This document shows, in pieces, positions 52,447 to 60,075 of a stretch of 64,000 nt of DNA. The DNA is from a virus. Taxonomy: Duplodnaviria; Heunggongvirae; Uroviricota; Caudoviricetes; Straboviridae. The stretch is taken from IMG/VR virus record IMGVR_UViG_2974587864_000001. One strand, given 5' to 3'. The notes below the pieces were generated by a model. That model searched no databases and was not told the DNA's origin. It saw nothing but the letters and a program-made list of their open reading frames with translations. Each line of letters begins with the position of its first letter. The first letter of the stretch is position 1. Both the position numbers and the translations under genes were made by a program.

Positions 52447-52680
52447 ATTTTTCAACATATGCAGTTGAGGCGGACAATCTTTTGAAGCAATCAGGCGATC
52501 CAGGCGTGACATAACGCGTCTGTAGCCGTCATACTCAAACTTGATTTTGGGTGTGCAAGGGCTTTTTTCAAATATTTTTCAACATATGCAGTTGAGGCGG
52601 ACAATCTTTTGAAGCAATCAGGCGATCCAGGCGTGACATAACGCGTCTGTAGCCGTCATACTCAAACTTGATTTTGGGTG
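52427..52680. repeat. perfect tandem direct duplication, 2 x 127 bp
   Basis: 52427-52553 and 52554-52680 identical; unit = last 35 codons of gene 52568..53125 plus half of its terminator hairpin. Confidence 0.85.
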
Positions 52681-53125
52681 CGATGTAGTTCACATGGATC
52701 GCGTTTCGCGTGTTCAGGCTCAACGTGTACTCAGGGATAACGGTTCGGAATCGTACAGCAATCACTGGTTTTTCGTGAGCAACCGAATCATCCATGTTTT
52801 CGAACATCTGGACGGTGAACGCACAGGCAAACACTTTGCCATTGATCCGGCGATATGCAATGACTTCCTGCATACCTTCGTTTTTCGCTTTCACCGCGTA
52901 ATACAGAACGTTACACGAATAATGTTTAGCGAGACTATTAAGAATTTCACTGTAGATCGCAAAGTCTTTTTTGACTGACGCGGAACGATCCAGGAATCGG
53001 TCTGCGATGTGATCTGTAGTCATTGAAACCTTTGTCACATACCAATCACTTAACGCTTTACTGAAATTTTGGTTAACTTCTCTGCGTAAGTTATTGATAA
53101 AATACATCAATCGTGCTCTGTTCAT
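52568..53125 (-). CDS. hypothetical protein (185 aa)
   Basis: ORF; 3' end duplicated downstream. Confidence 0.5.
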   Translation of the reverse strand: MNRARLMYFINNLRREVNQNFSKALSDWYVTKVSMTTDHIADRFLDRSASVKKDFAIYSEILNSLAKHYSCNVLYYAVKAKNEGMQEVIAYRRINGKVFACAFTVQMFENMDDSVAHEKPVIAVRFRTVIPEYTLSLNTRNAIHVNYIAPKIKFEYDGYRRVMSRLDRLIASKDCPPQLHMLKNI

Positions 53126-53128
53126 AAA

Positions 53129-53752
53129 TCACCCATTATGTTTAAAGTATTCGATCTGACGCAGACGTTTTTCCGCTGCCTCTTTCGAATCATATTCACC
53201 AAGTTCTTTCGTGCGATCATGGTTCAGCACAACCCACTTATCGCCGCGATGTTCGATGTGCTCCGTGATGTCTTCGACTTTCTTATCAAGATCCAGCGGT
53301 TCAGCATCTTCCTCGATAATAGTCAAATCTACGGGCAATGTCAACAGTCTTTTAACTCCGCTGATATCTTCGATGCGGGAATCATACGCGAGGGTTACAT
53401 GTGGTTTGTAATCGTCATAATCGTATGTTGCTCCAGCATCCATTGCATCTTTGAAGCGGCTATGGAGATAATCAGACTCCAGAACGCCCACGATCGTATT
53501 ACCGTATTTCGTTTCCCACTTCTCCACGTCAACCAGTCGGGCAGGTTCAGAGATACCGGATGCAGGGAACAGATCAACCGTCTTACGGCTATACACAATC
53601 GTTGTATGCAGCTTTGCAGCGGAAACAGGATTCTCTACACCCAGAAGTTTTTGCACCTTCGCGAGCGCTTCACAGGAAGCCTGATCGAACTTCGCACACA
53701 TATAGATCCCCGGATCAACTACGGGTTTCGCTACTTCAATAAAACTTTTCAT
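53129..53752 (-). CDS. 2H phosphoesterase (LigT-like; anti-CBASS Acb1-like candidate)
   Basis: two H-x-T-x motifs (LHTTIVYS, PHVTLAYD); occupies the 57B position next to 57A-like and gene 1. Confidence 0.6.
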   Translation of the reverse strand: MKSFIEVAKPVVDPGIYMCAKFDQASCEALAKVQKLLGVENPVSAAKLHTTIVYSRKTVDLFPASGISEPARLVDVEKWETKYGNTIVGVLESDYLHSRFKDAMDAGATYDYDDYKPHVTLAYDSRIEDISGVKRLLTLPVDLTIIEEDAEPLDLDKKVEDITEHIEHRGDKWVVLNHDRTKELGEYDSKEAAEKRLRQIEYFKHNG

Positions 53753-53764
53753 GTGTACTCCGAA

Positions 53765-53787
53765 TGAAAAGGGGGCTTTCGCCCCCA
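53765..53787 (-). terminator. rho-independent terminator (minus strand)
   Basis: GGGGGCGAAAGCCCCC + TTTTC on minus strand; second IR AACGCTTAGGCGTT adjacent. Confidence 0.5.
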
Positions 53788-53810
53788 GTGGTTAAACGCC
53801 TAAGCGTTAA

Positions 53811-54077
53811 TTATGCTTTTGATGCATCAATCGCTTCATCGTCGCCAGCGGTTTCTGCTGTTGCTGGCAGAAGTGCTTTGATCGCGCCGACCAGTGCATC
53901 AGGGGATACACCCTGCGAACCGTCGATTTCCAGAAGACTGCAAATTTGGCCTACGAGTTGACGGTGATTTGCCAGTTCTTGTTCTTTACCCTGAATGATT
54001 TCGTTCAGGTCGAATACACGGGCTTTCAGGATCAGGACATCGTTTTGAAGCTGTTGGGTTTGGTTTTGTTCAGTCAT
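53811..54077 (-). CDS. gp57A-like tail-fiber assembly chaperone candidate (88 aa coiled-coil protein)
   Basis: small acidic coiled-coil protein immediately downstream of gene 1, as 57A in T4. Confidence 0.45.
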   Translation of the reverse strand: MTEQNQTQQLQNDVLILKARVFDLNEIIQGKEQELANHRQLVGQICSLLEIDGSQGVSPDALVGAIKALLPATAETAGDDEAIDASKA

Positions 54078-54080
54078 TGT

Positions 54081-54749
54081 TTACACTCTTAAAAGATTGA
54101 ATACATTAAGCACGTTACGTTTCAAATCGTCTAACGTACCATTATTTAGGATTGTATAATCACTCAAGCCAGGTGTCAAACCTTGCTCCGTTGAATGATT
54201 ATCTTCAATACCAGTTTCACGTTCAAGGAACACAAAGCGAGTCCCGAACTTGCTCAGGTATTTATATTCATGCGGTTGACGCACATCGGTAATGATAAAG
54301 TGATCCGCGTAGGATTTCAACATTTTTTGAAGCGCAATTGAAGTCCAGATAGACGGATCTATTTTACAAACAATATCAGTCCCGAACACCTGCATCAAAC
54401 GGCGAATCGTCCAGGGCTGGCTGTTTTCTTCGCAAATTTTATGAGCGATAACATCTGCGTTACTCATGAAGAACCCGCGAGAACTTAATTTTTTGATACC
54501 GCTAGAAAACAGCGCGTATGCATCGTTATTGGACATCACCAGCGGGGCTTCACGATCACCCTCATAGAATGGGTTCTTCGCTGCCAGCGCTCGCAATTGC
54601 GTGTTATCGTGATGTTCCATAGAACGTTTCAGGATAGCTTTGATTTCGTCGGCTAACGCGATAACTTCAACATTACGGAAGTTATGCACAACCATTTGAG
54701 CAACGGTATCTTTACCCGTTCGCTTTTTACCACAAATACCATAAATCAT
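54081..54749 (-). CDS. 1: deoxynucleoside monophosphate kinase (T4 gene 1 homolog)
   Basis: GKKRTGKDT P-loop, WTIRRLMQVFGTDIV, DVRQPHE parallel T4 gp1 SGKDT / RRLMQALGTDL / DTRQDHE. Confidence 0.75.
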   Translation of the reverse strand: MIYGICGKKRTGKDTVAQMVVHNFRNVEVIALADEIKAILKRSMEHHDNTQLRALAAKNPFYEGDREAPLVMSNNDAYALFSSGIKKLSSRGFFMSNADVIAHKICEENSQPWTIRRLMQVFGTDIVCKIDPSIWTSIALQKMLKSYADHFIITDVRQPHEYKYLSKFGTRFVFLERETGIEDNHSTEQGLTPGLSDYTILNNGTLDDLKRNVLNVFNLLRV

Positions 54750-55297
54750 TTTTGCGTTTTCCGTGGAGTAGGCACGATCACCCGTCCGTCGATCTCAATT
54801 TCCATGTGAGCGAAGTTGAACATCGTCATACAGGATACGGCTTCATCCGAATCATTGGTATACATAAGCTCAAGCTCTCCGAGGTTGGAGGGCCAAGCGC
54901 CATAGAAGCGAAATGTCGCTACAGTTTTTGACTGCGAGTTATCCAGGATATGCAAAGCCATTGCTTGTTGTGGTTCACTCCAACGCACGGAATCGAAGGT
55001 GTTAAAATCGACAGTACCGAGCATCCAAAGGTAAACCCCAAGATACGATCGCAGTTCTTCATCAACAGCAAAACGAATAGTCAGTGGATCGAACTCCATT
55101 GCAGATCCTGGGATCTTCCCTCGAATCATTGGGTTCAGTGGGACATCCGTAATTGGAATGTTGATAGCAGGTAGTGTAACACCCTGAACTTGTAGTTTCA
55201 ACCCTTTTACATAATCATTGTCAGGAATATCTAACATGAAGTTAGTAGGTGAAATCTGGTTCAGGATCATAGCAGTTGTATTCATGATGATCTCCAT
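54746..55297 (-). CDS. tail completion / sheath stabilizer protein candidate (gene 3 position)
   Basis: 183 aa (T4 gp3 176 aa) between gene 1 and gene 2 homologs. Confidence 0.4.
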   Translation of the reverse strand: MEIIMNTTAMILNQISPTNFMLDIPDNDYVKGLKLQVQGVTLPAINIPITDVPLNPMIRGKIPGSAMEFDPLTIRFAVDEELRSYLGVYLWMLGTVDFNTFDSVRWSEPQQAMALHILDNSQSKTVATFRFYGAWPSNLGELELMYTNDSDEAVSCMTMFNFAHMEIEIDGRVIVPTPRKTQK

Positions 55298-55553
55298 TTT
55301 ATAGATATTTAGATCAAGACCGTGAGCGAAGCGAACACACGAACGAAGTGAGTGTTATGTACGATGTACTGTTTATAATATTTATATTTTATATATAGAG
55401 AAAACAGTACATTTCCGTATACTTTTTATACAATCGTTAACTATCCGTCTTCGCTTCGCTTGACGGAACTCGCTTCGCTCGCGATCTAATTTTTAGTTGA
55501 TCTATTCAATAAATAGGTATATCATACCTATACTTTCAAAAGAGATTGAAAAC
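55298..55553. promoter_or_regulatory. 256-bp divergent intergenic control region: AT-rich core (55355-55444) flanked by inverted GCGAAGCGA-type repeats; TAAATA late-promoter-like motifs on both strands
   Basis: left arm GAGCGAAGCGAAC 55324-55336; right arm CTCGCTTCGCTC 55467-55479 plus second copy TCGCTTCGCT 55451-55460; palindromes GTACGATGTAC, ATAATATTTATATTTTATATAT. Confidence 0.45.
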
Positions 55554-56339
55554 ATGAAATCATTCAAAGAACTACTTTCTGAATCTGTTCAGAACAAAAA
55601 ATTTGCTAAGACCGTTGATCTGGTTGACCGTGGTAACGCTGCAAAAGGTCAGATTGGTTTCCTGCATTTTGCACATGGTGCTGATTACGATGTGTATGCG
55701 CCGGACTCCCACGATCTCGCTTACTTCGGTAAAGGTGTTGTCCGCCTGAAAGGTAAAACCACTGGCAAGACTCAGGCAGCGTATATTGACTGGGCGAAAG
55801 GTACTGTTTCATTCTACAGCGGTGATCCTGCTGATGACCTGAAATTCGACAAGCCACTGAAATTCAAAGGCGCTTCTCTGTACAAAGAAGCAGAAGAAAA
55901 CCTGGATCTGTATAATCAGTTGGCGGAAGATTTCGAAATTGATCTGCCTCTGGATGAAGCATTGGTGAAAGGAAAGGTGTACAAGCTCCCAAGTAACGAT
56001 ATGTGCTTGCTGTATACCGGACGTACCAAAACCAAAGAAACAGGTGAATACGCCGTGTTTACGGTTGTAGATGTCTCTGGTAAGCCTCGTCTGGTATCGG
56101 GTAAACGCTTTACCCAGGAATACAAAGGCGATGTTCTGTCTAAACTGGTTCTCGCTGAATCGGAAGATCTGAACGAAGCCGCTAAAGATATTCGCGAAAA
56201 AGTTATTGCGGTGTTGGTGAAACGTGGGTTTAACGAAAAAGACGCAGAAAAGATGGTTGATAAAAACCTGAAAGATGCGATGAAGGTTCGACCTGGCGCA
56301 ACCCCTGGCAAACTCGCGGAAATCGTGAGTACCCTGTAA
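55554..56339 (+). CDS. hypothetical protein (261 aa), lineage-specific insertion between genes 3 and 2
   Basis: ATG 55554 (MKSFKELL); even, host-like codon usage; strong terminator downstream; antisense track ORF 55809..56462 rejected. Confidence 0.55.
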   Translation: MKSFKELLSESVQNKKFAKTVDLVDRGNAAKGQIGFLHFAHGADYDVYAPDSHDLAYFGKGVVRLKGKTTGKTQAAYIDWAKGTVSFYSGDPADDLKFDKPLKFKGASLYKEAEENLDLYNQLAEDFEIDLPLDEALVKGKVYKLPSNDMCLLYTGRTKTKETGEYAVFTVVDVSGKPRLVSGKRFTQEYKGDVLSKLVLAESEDLNEAAKDIREKVIAVLVKRGFNEKDAEKMVDKNLKDAMKVRPGATPGKLAEIVSTL

Positions 56340-56344
56340 AAATA

Positions 56345-56374
56345 AAGCCCCTTCCTTTCGGTTGGGGCTTTTTG
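56345..56374. terminator. bidirectional rho-independent terminator
   Basis: AGCCCCTTCCTTTCGGTTGGGGCT + TTTTT. Confidence 0.65.
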
Positions 56375-57229
56375 TTAATATCTGTTCCAAACTTTCTTCG
56401 CGCTGTATGGTTTTCCTTTGGACTGGAAAGCCTGTGTAGGCAACCAAACTGCTTTCGCCCAATCTTTTGGGGCGATCTCTGCAAGTGGTGAACGTAGATG
56501 GGCTGGCAGATATGCTTTGATCATTTGATCAGCCCCACGCATTCCCTTCACGTTGTTCCAATTGATTTTCAGTCTGGTTTTGTTAGAAAGTCGATCTGTT
56601 GATCCGTAGCCACGTTTCAGGAGTTCTTCTAAAAACTCTTGACGTGCTCGCGGTGGCGCATAGTGCAAGTTCAGCCCGTACAGAACCAAGTTACCCGCTT
56701 TCGAACGTCCTGAACCCAGGAAAATGATCAGCGGGAACCGATCCCAGTATGGAAGGGTGTCTTTGTATTTCGCATCGTAGATGAACGTATACAAGCGACC
56801 CGTTGCTGGTTTCGCAACCCTGTGCGTCTTAATGCTGGTTTTGATGAAATCACCAAACCAATCGGTCGAATCTTTCTGACGTTTCGCAGCGGTTACACCA
56901 ACAGTCATTTTCTTCAAACTGTTGCGGAAATCGTTTACGATATCAACCGCGTGTTTTTTACGATAGTCATTACGTTTGCGTCGGGCTTCGGTTTCTGCTT
57001 TACGGCGTTCGATTTCATCATCAATCTGCTGCTTATAGCGGTGCATAGACTTTGTGAACGTTGCGTATGCAATCCCGTTTTCGTCCGCGAACTTTTTGGC
57101 TGTCATGCCTTTTAATTTTGCGCGTCGGAATTTGATACCAAGTTCAACCCATTCACCCAGCTTTCGCTTCGGTGGCGGTTTTGGTTTGTCTTCTTCTGCG
57201 ATGATCTCGAACTCAAAAATAAAACTCAT
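56375..57229 (-). CDS. 2: DNA end protector protein (gp2-like)
   Basis: 284 aa basic protein (T4 gp2 274 aa) between gene 3 and gene 4 homologs; AATAAATA late-promoter-like motif upstream. Confidence 0.55.
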   Translation of the reverse strand: MSFIFEFEIIAEEDKPKPPPKRKLGEWVELGIKFRRAKLKGMTAKKFADENGIAYATFTKSMHRYKQQIDDEIERRKAETEARRKRNDYRKKHAVDIVNDFRNSLKKMTVGVTAAKRQKDSTDWFGDFIKTSIKTHRVAKPATGRLYTFIYDAKYKDTLPYWDRFPLIIFLGSGRSKAGNLVLYGLNLHYAPPRARQEFLEELLKRGYGSTDRLSNKTRLKINWNNVKGMRGADQMIKAYLPAHLRSPLAEIAPKDWAKAVWLPTQAFQSKGKPYSAKKVWNRY

Positions 57230-57250
57230 AATTCCCTCCGTTTAGGGTAT

Positions 57251-57718
57251 TTATTGCCCTTTCCATCCGAACACACGTTTCAACGTGTCCTCTGTGATGA
57301 TTTTGAACTCCCAGCCCTTTTGTTTTGCTGCTGCATTCGCGGCTTTCCATTTGTCAATGTTTACCGCATAAGTATACAGCGCATCAACAAATTTCTTTTT
57401 GTTGTGAACGTTGTTGTTCGCTGGCTTAGGTGGGGGCAACGTTTCTTTCATCGGTTTGACTTCCCAAAGGTAGGTCACGCCGTTATCCATTTCAACATAG
57501 AAATCCATGAAGTAGCGCCGTCGCTTTCCGTCTGCGTTGCTGAAATAAGGGATCACAACCTCTTCACTGTTCCAGCGTTTCACATGCGGGTTTCTATCAA
57601 GCCAGTTCATAATATATTTTTCCCAGCTTGAACGATACGTTATCTTTCGCGGATCTCCCTTATATTTCTGTATGTTCTGGGGCATAAAAGACCCCTTGTA
57701 TGTCTGTCTTCCAGCCAT
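57251..57718 (-). CDS. 4: head completion protein (T4 gp4 homolog)
   Basis: MAGRQTYKGSFMPQNIQKYKGDP.KITYRSSWE...W.SEEVVIPYFS...YLWEVKPMKETLPPP parallels T4 gp4 MAGKHYRGSFKPRNPEKYRGN..IIYRSSWE...EWSSEEFFIPYVS...EVKPKAETMPPT. Confidence 0.8.
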   Translation of the reverse strand: MAGRQTYKGSFMPQNIQKYKGDPRKITYRSSWEKYIMNWLDRNPHVKRWNSEEVVIPYFSNADGKRRRYFMDFYVEMDNGVTYLWEVKPMKETLPPPKPANNNVHNKKKFVDALYTYAVNIDKWKAANAAAKQKGWEFKIITEDTLKRVFGWKGQ

Positions 57719-57761
57719 TTTAGATCCTAAATATAGTAAACATTAGATAGGGGAAATTACA

Positions 57762-58316
57762 ATGTTATTTTCGTTCTTTCCACCAGTTGATTACAAAGGC
57801 ACACCAACTACTGATATCTACCGCGATTATCGTTTTTACTTTAACCGCGTGATCAGGAATTATAAGCCGCGTACATATCAACTGACAGGTTCATTAAGAC
57901 CCGAACAATTAGCGGAAACGCTATACGGAAACCAGCAATACTACTGGGTTATCCTGATGCTTAACGATAATTACGATCCGTTTTACGGATGGATTACCGA
58001 TCAGGAAACGGCTTATCAATGCGCTATCCAGCGTTATTCAAAAGCAGGTGGCGAACAGGTTCTTTATCATATGGATGGTAAGGGCAACCGTTATTACAAT
58101 TTGGTTGAAGACCCTACGAATCCCGGTCATTGGTATGACAAAGGCGATAAGAACATGCGTTATTTGCAGTACCAGGGAACATTAGTCCCTGTAGATATTT
58201 ATGAAGATGCGGTGCTTCAAAATGAAGCAAAACGAACCATCAAGATTATTAACCCCTCTGATATTCAATCGTTTGTAAGCGATTATATCAAGGAAATGGA
58301 AAAGGCAAACCTATGA
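57762..58316 (+). CDS. 53: baseplate wedge subunit (T4 gp53 homolog)
   Basis: MLFSFFPP..YK..TDIYRDYRFYFNRV...RTYQLTGSLRPEQLAETLYGNQQYYWVILMLNDNYDPFYGWITDQETAYQ parallels T4 gp53. Confidence 0.85.
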   Translation: MLFSFFPPVDYKGTPTTDIYRDYRFYFNRVIRNYKPRTYQLTGSLRPEQLAETLYGNQQYYWVILMLNDNYDPFYGWITDQETAYQCAIQRYSKAGGEQVLYHMDGKGNRYYNLVEDPTNPGHWYDKGDKNMRYLQYQGTLVPVDIYEDAVLQNEAKRTIKIINPSDIQSFVSDYIKEMEKANL

Positions 58317-60073
58317 AATACGGTGGAAATAAATACTCCCCTTTCTTTGAGGGGGTGGTCGAAGAAGTCGATGATCCTCGTCTACTGGGGCGTGTTCAGG
58401 TGCGTGTATTCGGTGAGCATCCGGCACAGAAACAAAAATCTGAAACTATCGGTATTCCTGTTGAGGAATTACCGTGGATGATGCCTATTCAGGATATTCG
58501 CAGCGCCGCTATTTCCGGTGTTGGTTTTTCTCCGACTGGTATCACGCGCGGTAGTTTCGTTATCGGTTACTGGCGCGATAAATGGCACCAGGACGGCGTT
58601 ATACTGGGAACCTTTGCTGGTGAGTACCGAGAGAAACCGGACACCCAGAAAGGCTTCTGTGACCCGTTTGGTGAGTATCCTCGCTATGTGGGTAACGATG
58701 TTAACGTTCTGGCTCGCGGTGGCGCAGAAGGGCGCGGTTCTTCAAGCGTCATTATCCGTGATGCAAACAGTTCGTTAGCAGTCAACCCAGACGATCGCCC
58801 ACTTGACGAGATCCCAGAAGATAACCGTCCCGATACTGGCGGATTCACTATTGAAACCATGCTGAAACAGGATGAAGGTATCCGCACGAAATGGTATATT
58901 GATAGTGAGGGTTATCCGACGATCGGGATCGGGCATTTGCTTATCATGGAGAAAACCCGTGATACTGCGAAGATCAACGCCGCGATCAGTAAAGCAGTTG
59001 GTCGAGAAGTAACCAACGGGACTATCACAGCGGAAGAGGTTTCGACTCTGTTCGCGCAGGATTTAGCAAAAGTCCGACAGGGGATCAGCAACACTTCGAA
59101 CGTTCGGGAAGTGTATGTGACGTTAAACCGTCCTCGTCAAATGGCTATTGAAAATATGTGCTTCCAGATGGGTGTTGGTGGTGTTGCCAAATTTACTAAT
59201 GCTCTGGCTGCTATGAAGCGTCAGGACTGGCAAACCGCTTACAACGAACTGCGAAACTCTACATGGGCTAACCAGACGCCAGGACGTTCTTCACGCGTAT
59301 CTAAAATCGTGCTGACGGGCAACCTTGAATCATACGGTGTTCAGGTTCCAGATCCAGAAGGGCGTTCATTGAGTGCTGCTTATAATGCGGTGGTTCTGCA
59401 AGCAAGCAACCCAGAAGATCCTTTTGTTCCTGGTGATACCCGCGTAATGTTCGAGGAACCTAAATCCGCATACAATGCTGAATATCCATACAACATGGTA
59501 TTCGAATCCCGTTCTGGACACATTCAGGAATTCGACGATACACCAGGCTTTGAACGTTACAACCGTGTTCACCCAGCAGGATCATACGAAGAAATTCGTC
59601 CTGATGGAACCCGTGTCGTTAAAATCGTTGGTGATGATTATCAAATCGTCATGCAAGGCCGCAAATTAAACGTCAAGGGTAATTTACAGGTTGTCATCGA
59701 AGGTGATGCGTTCATTTACAATATGGGTAACGTTCAACAAACTGTTGATGGTAACGTGACCGAGTTCGTGCGCGGTAACGTGAATCAAACCGTTGAAGGT
59801 GAATATGTGGGGCTGATTAAAGGCAACGCAGAATTAACCGTTGAAAAAGATGCAACCGTAAACGTGAATCAGAATTTAATGGCTAACGTTAAACAGAATG
59901 CAACCGTTGCCGTAACAGAAGATGCAACAATTACCGCAAAAAATGCTCTGATTGATATTGAACAAGATTTGGATATTGGCGCACGTAATATCAACATGCG
60001 AGCATCGAATAATACTTTCATTGATTCCGGCGCACTGACTAAGATCACTGGCGGAACAGTCCAGGTAGGCTAA
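58313..60073 (+). CDS. 5: baseplate hub subunit and tail lysozyme (T4 gp5 homolog, cell-puncturing device)
   Basis: N-terminal GVVEEVDDPRLLGRVQVRVFGEH (gp5 OB domain); internal T4-lysozyme domain (DEGIRTKWYIDSEGYPTIGIGHLL...MCFQMGVGGVAKFTNALAAMKRQDWQTAYNELRNSTWANQTPGRSSRV); C-terminal beta-helix VxG repeats. Confidence 0.9.
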   Translation: MKYGGNKYSPFFEGVVEEVDDPRLLGRVQVRVFGEHPAQKQKSETIGIPVEELPWMMPIQDIRSAAISGVGFSPTGITRGSFVIGYWRDKWHQDGVILGTFAGEYREKPDTQKGFCDPFGEYPRYVGNDVNVLARGGAEGRGSSSVIIRDANSSLAVNPDDRPLDEIPEDNRPDTGGFTIETMLKQDEGIRTKWYIDSEGYPTIGIGHLLIMEKTRDTAKINAAISKAVGREVTNGTITAEEVSTLFAQDLAKVRQGISNTSNVREVYVTLNRPRQMAIENMCFQMGVGGVAKFTNALAAMKRQDWQTAYNELRNSTWANQTPGRSSRVSKIVLTGNLESYGVQVPDPEGRSLSAAYNAVVLQASNPEDPFVPGDTRVMFEEPKSAYNAEYPYNMVFESRSGHIQEFDDTPGFERYNRVHPAGSYEEIRPDGTRVVKIVGDDYQIVMQGRKLNVKGNLQVVIEGDAFIYNMGNVQQTVDGNVTEFVRGNVNQTVEGEYVGLIKGNAELTVEKDATVNVNQNLMANVKQNATVAVTEDATITAKNALIDIEQDLDIGARNINMRASNNTFIDSGALTKITGGTVQVG

Positions 60074-60075
60074 TC

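Noticed and set aside
52427-52680. Possible CRISPR array or minisatellite
   Set aside because: Only two copies of a 127-bp unit with no spacer structure. The unit is coding sequence plus a terminator fragment, so it is a tandem duplication, not CRISPR.
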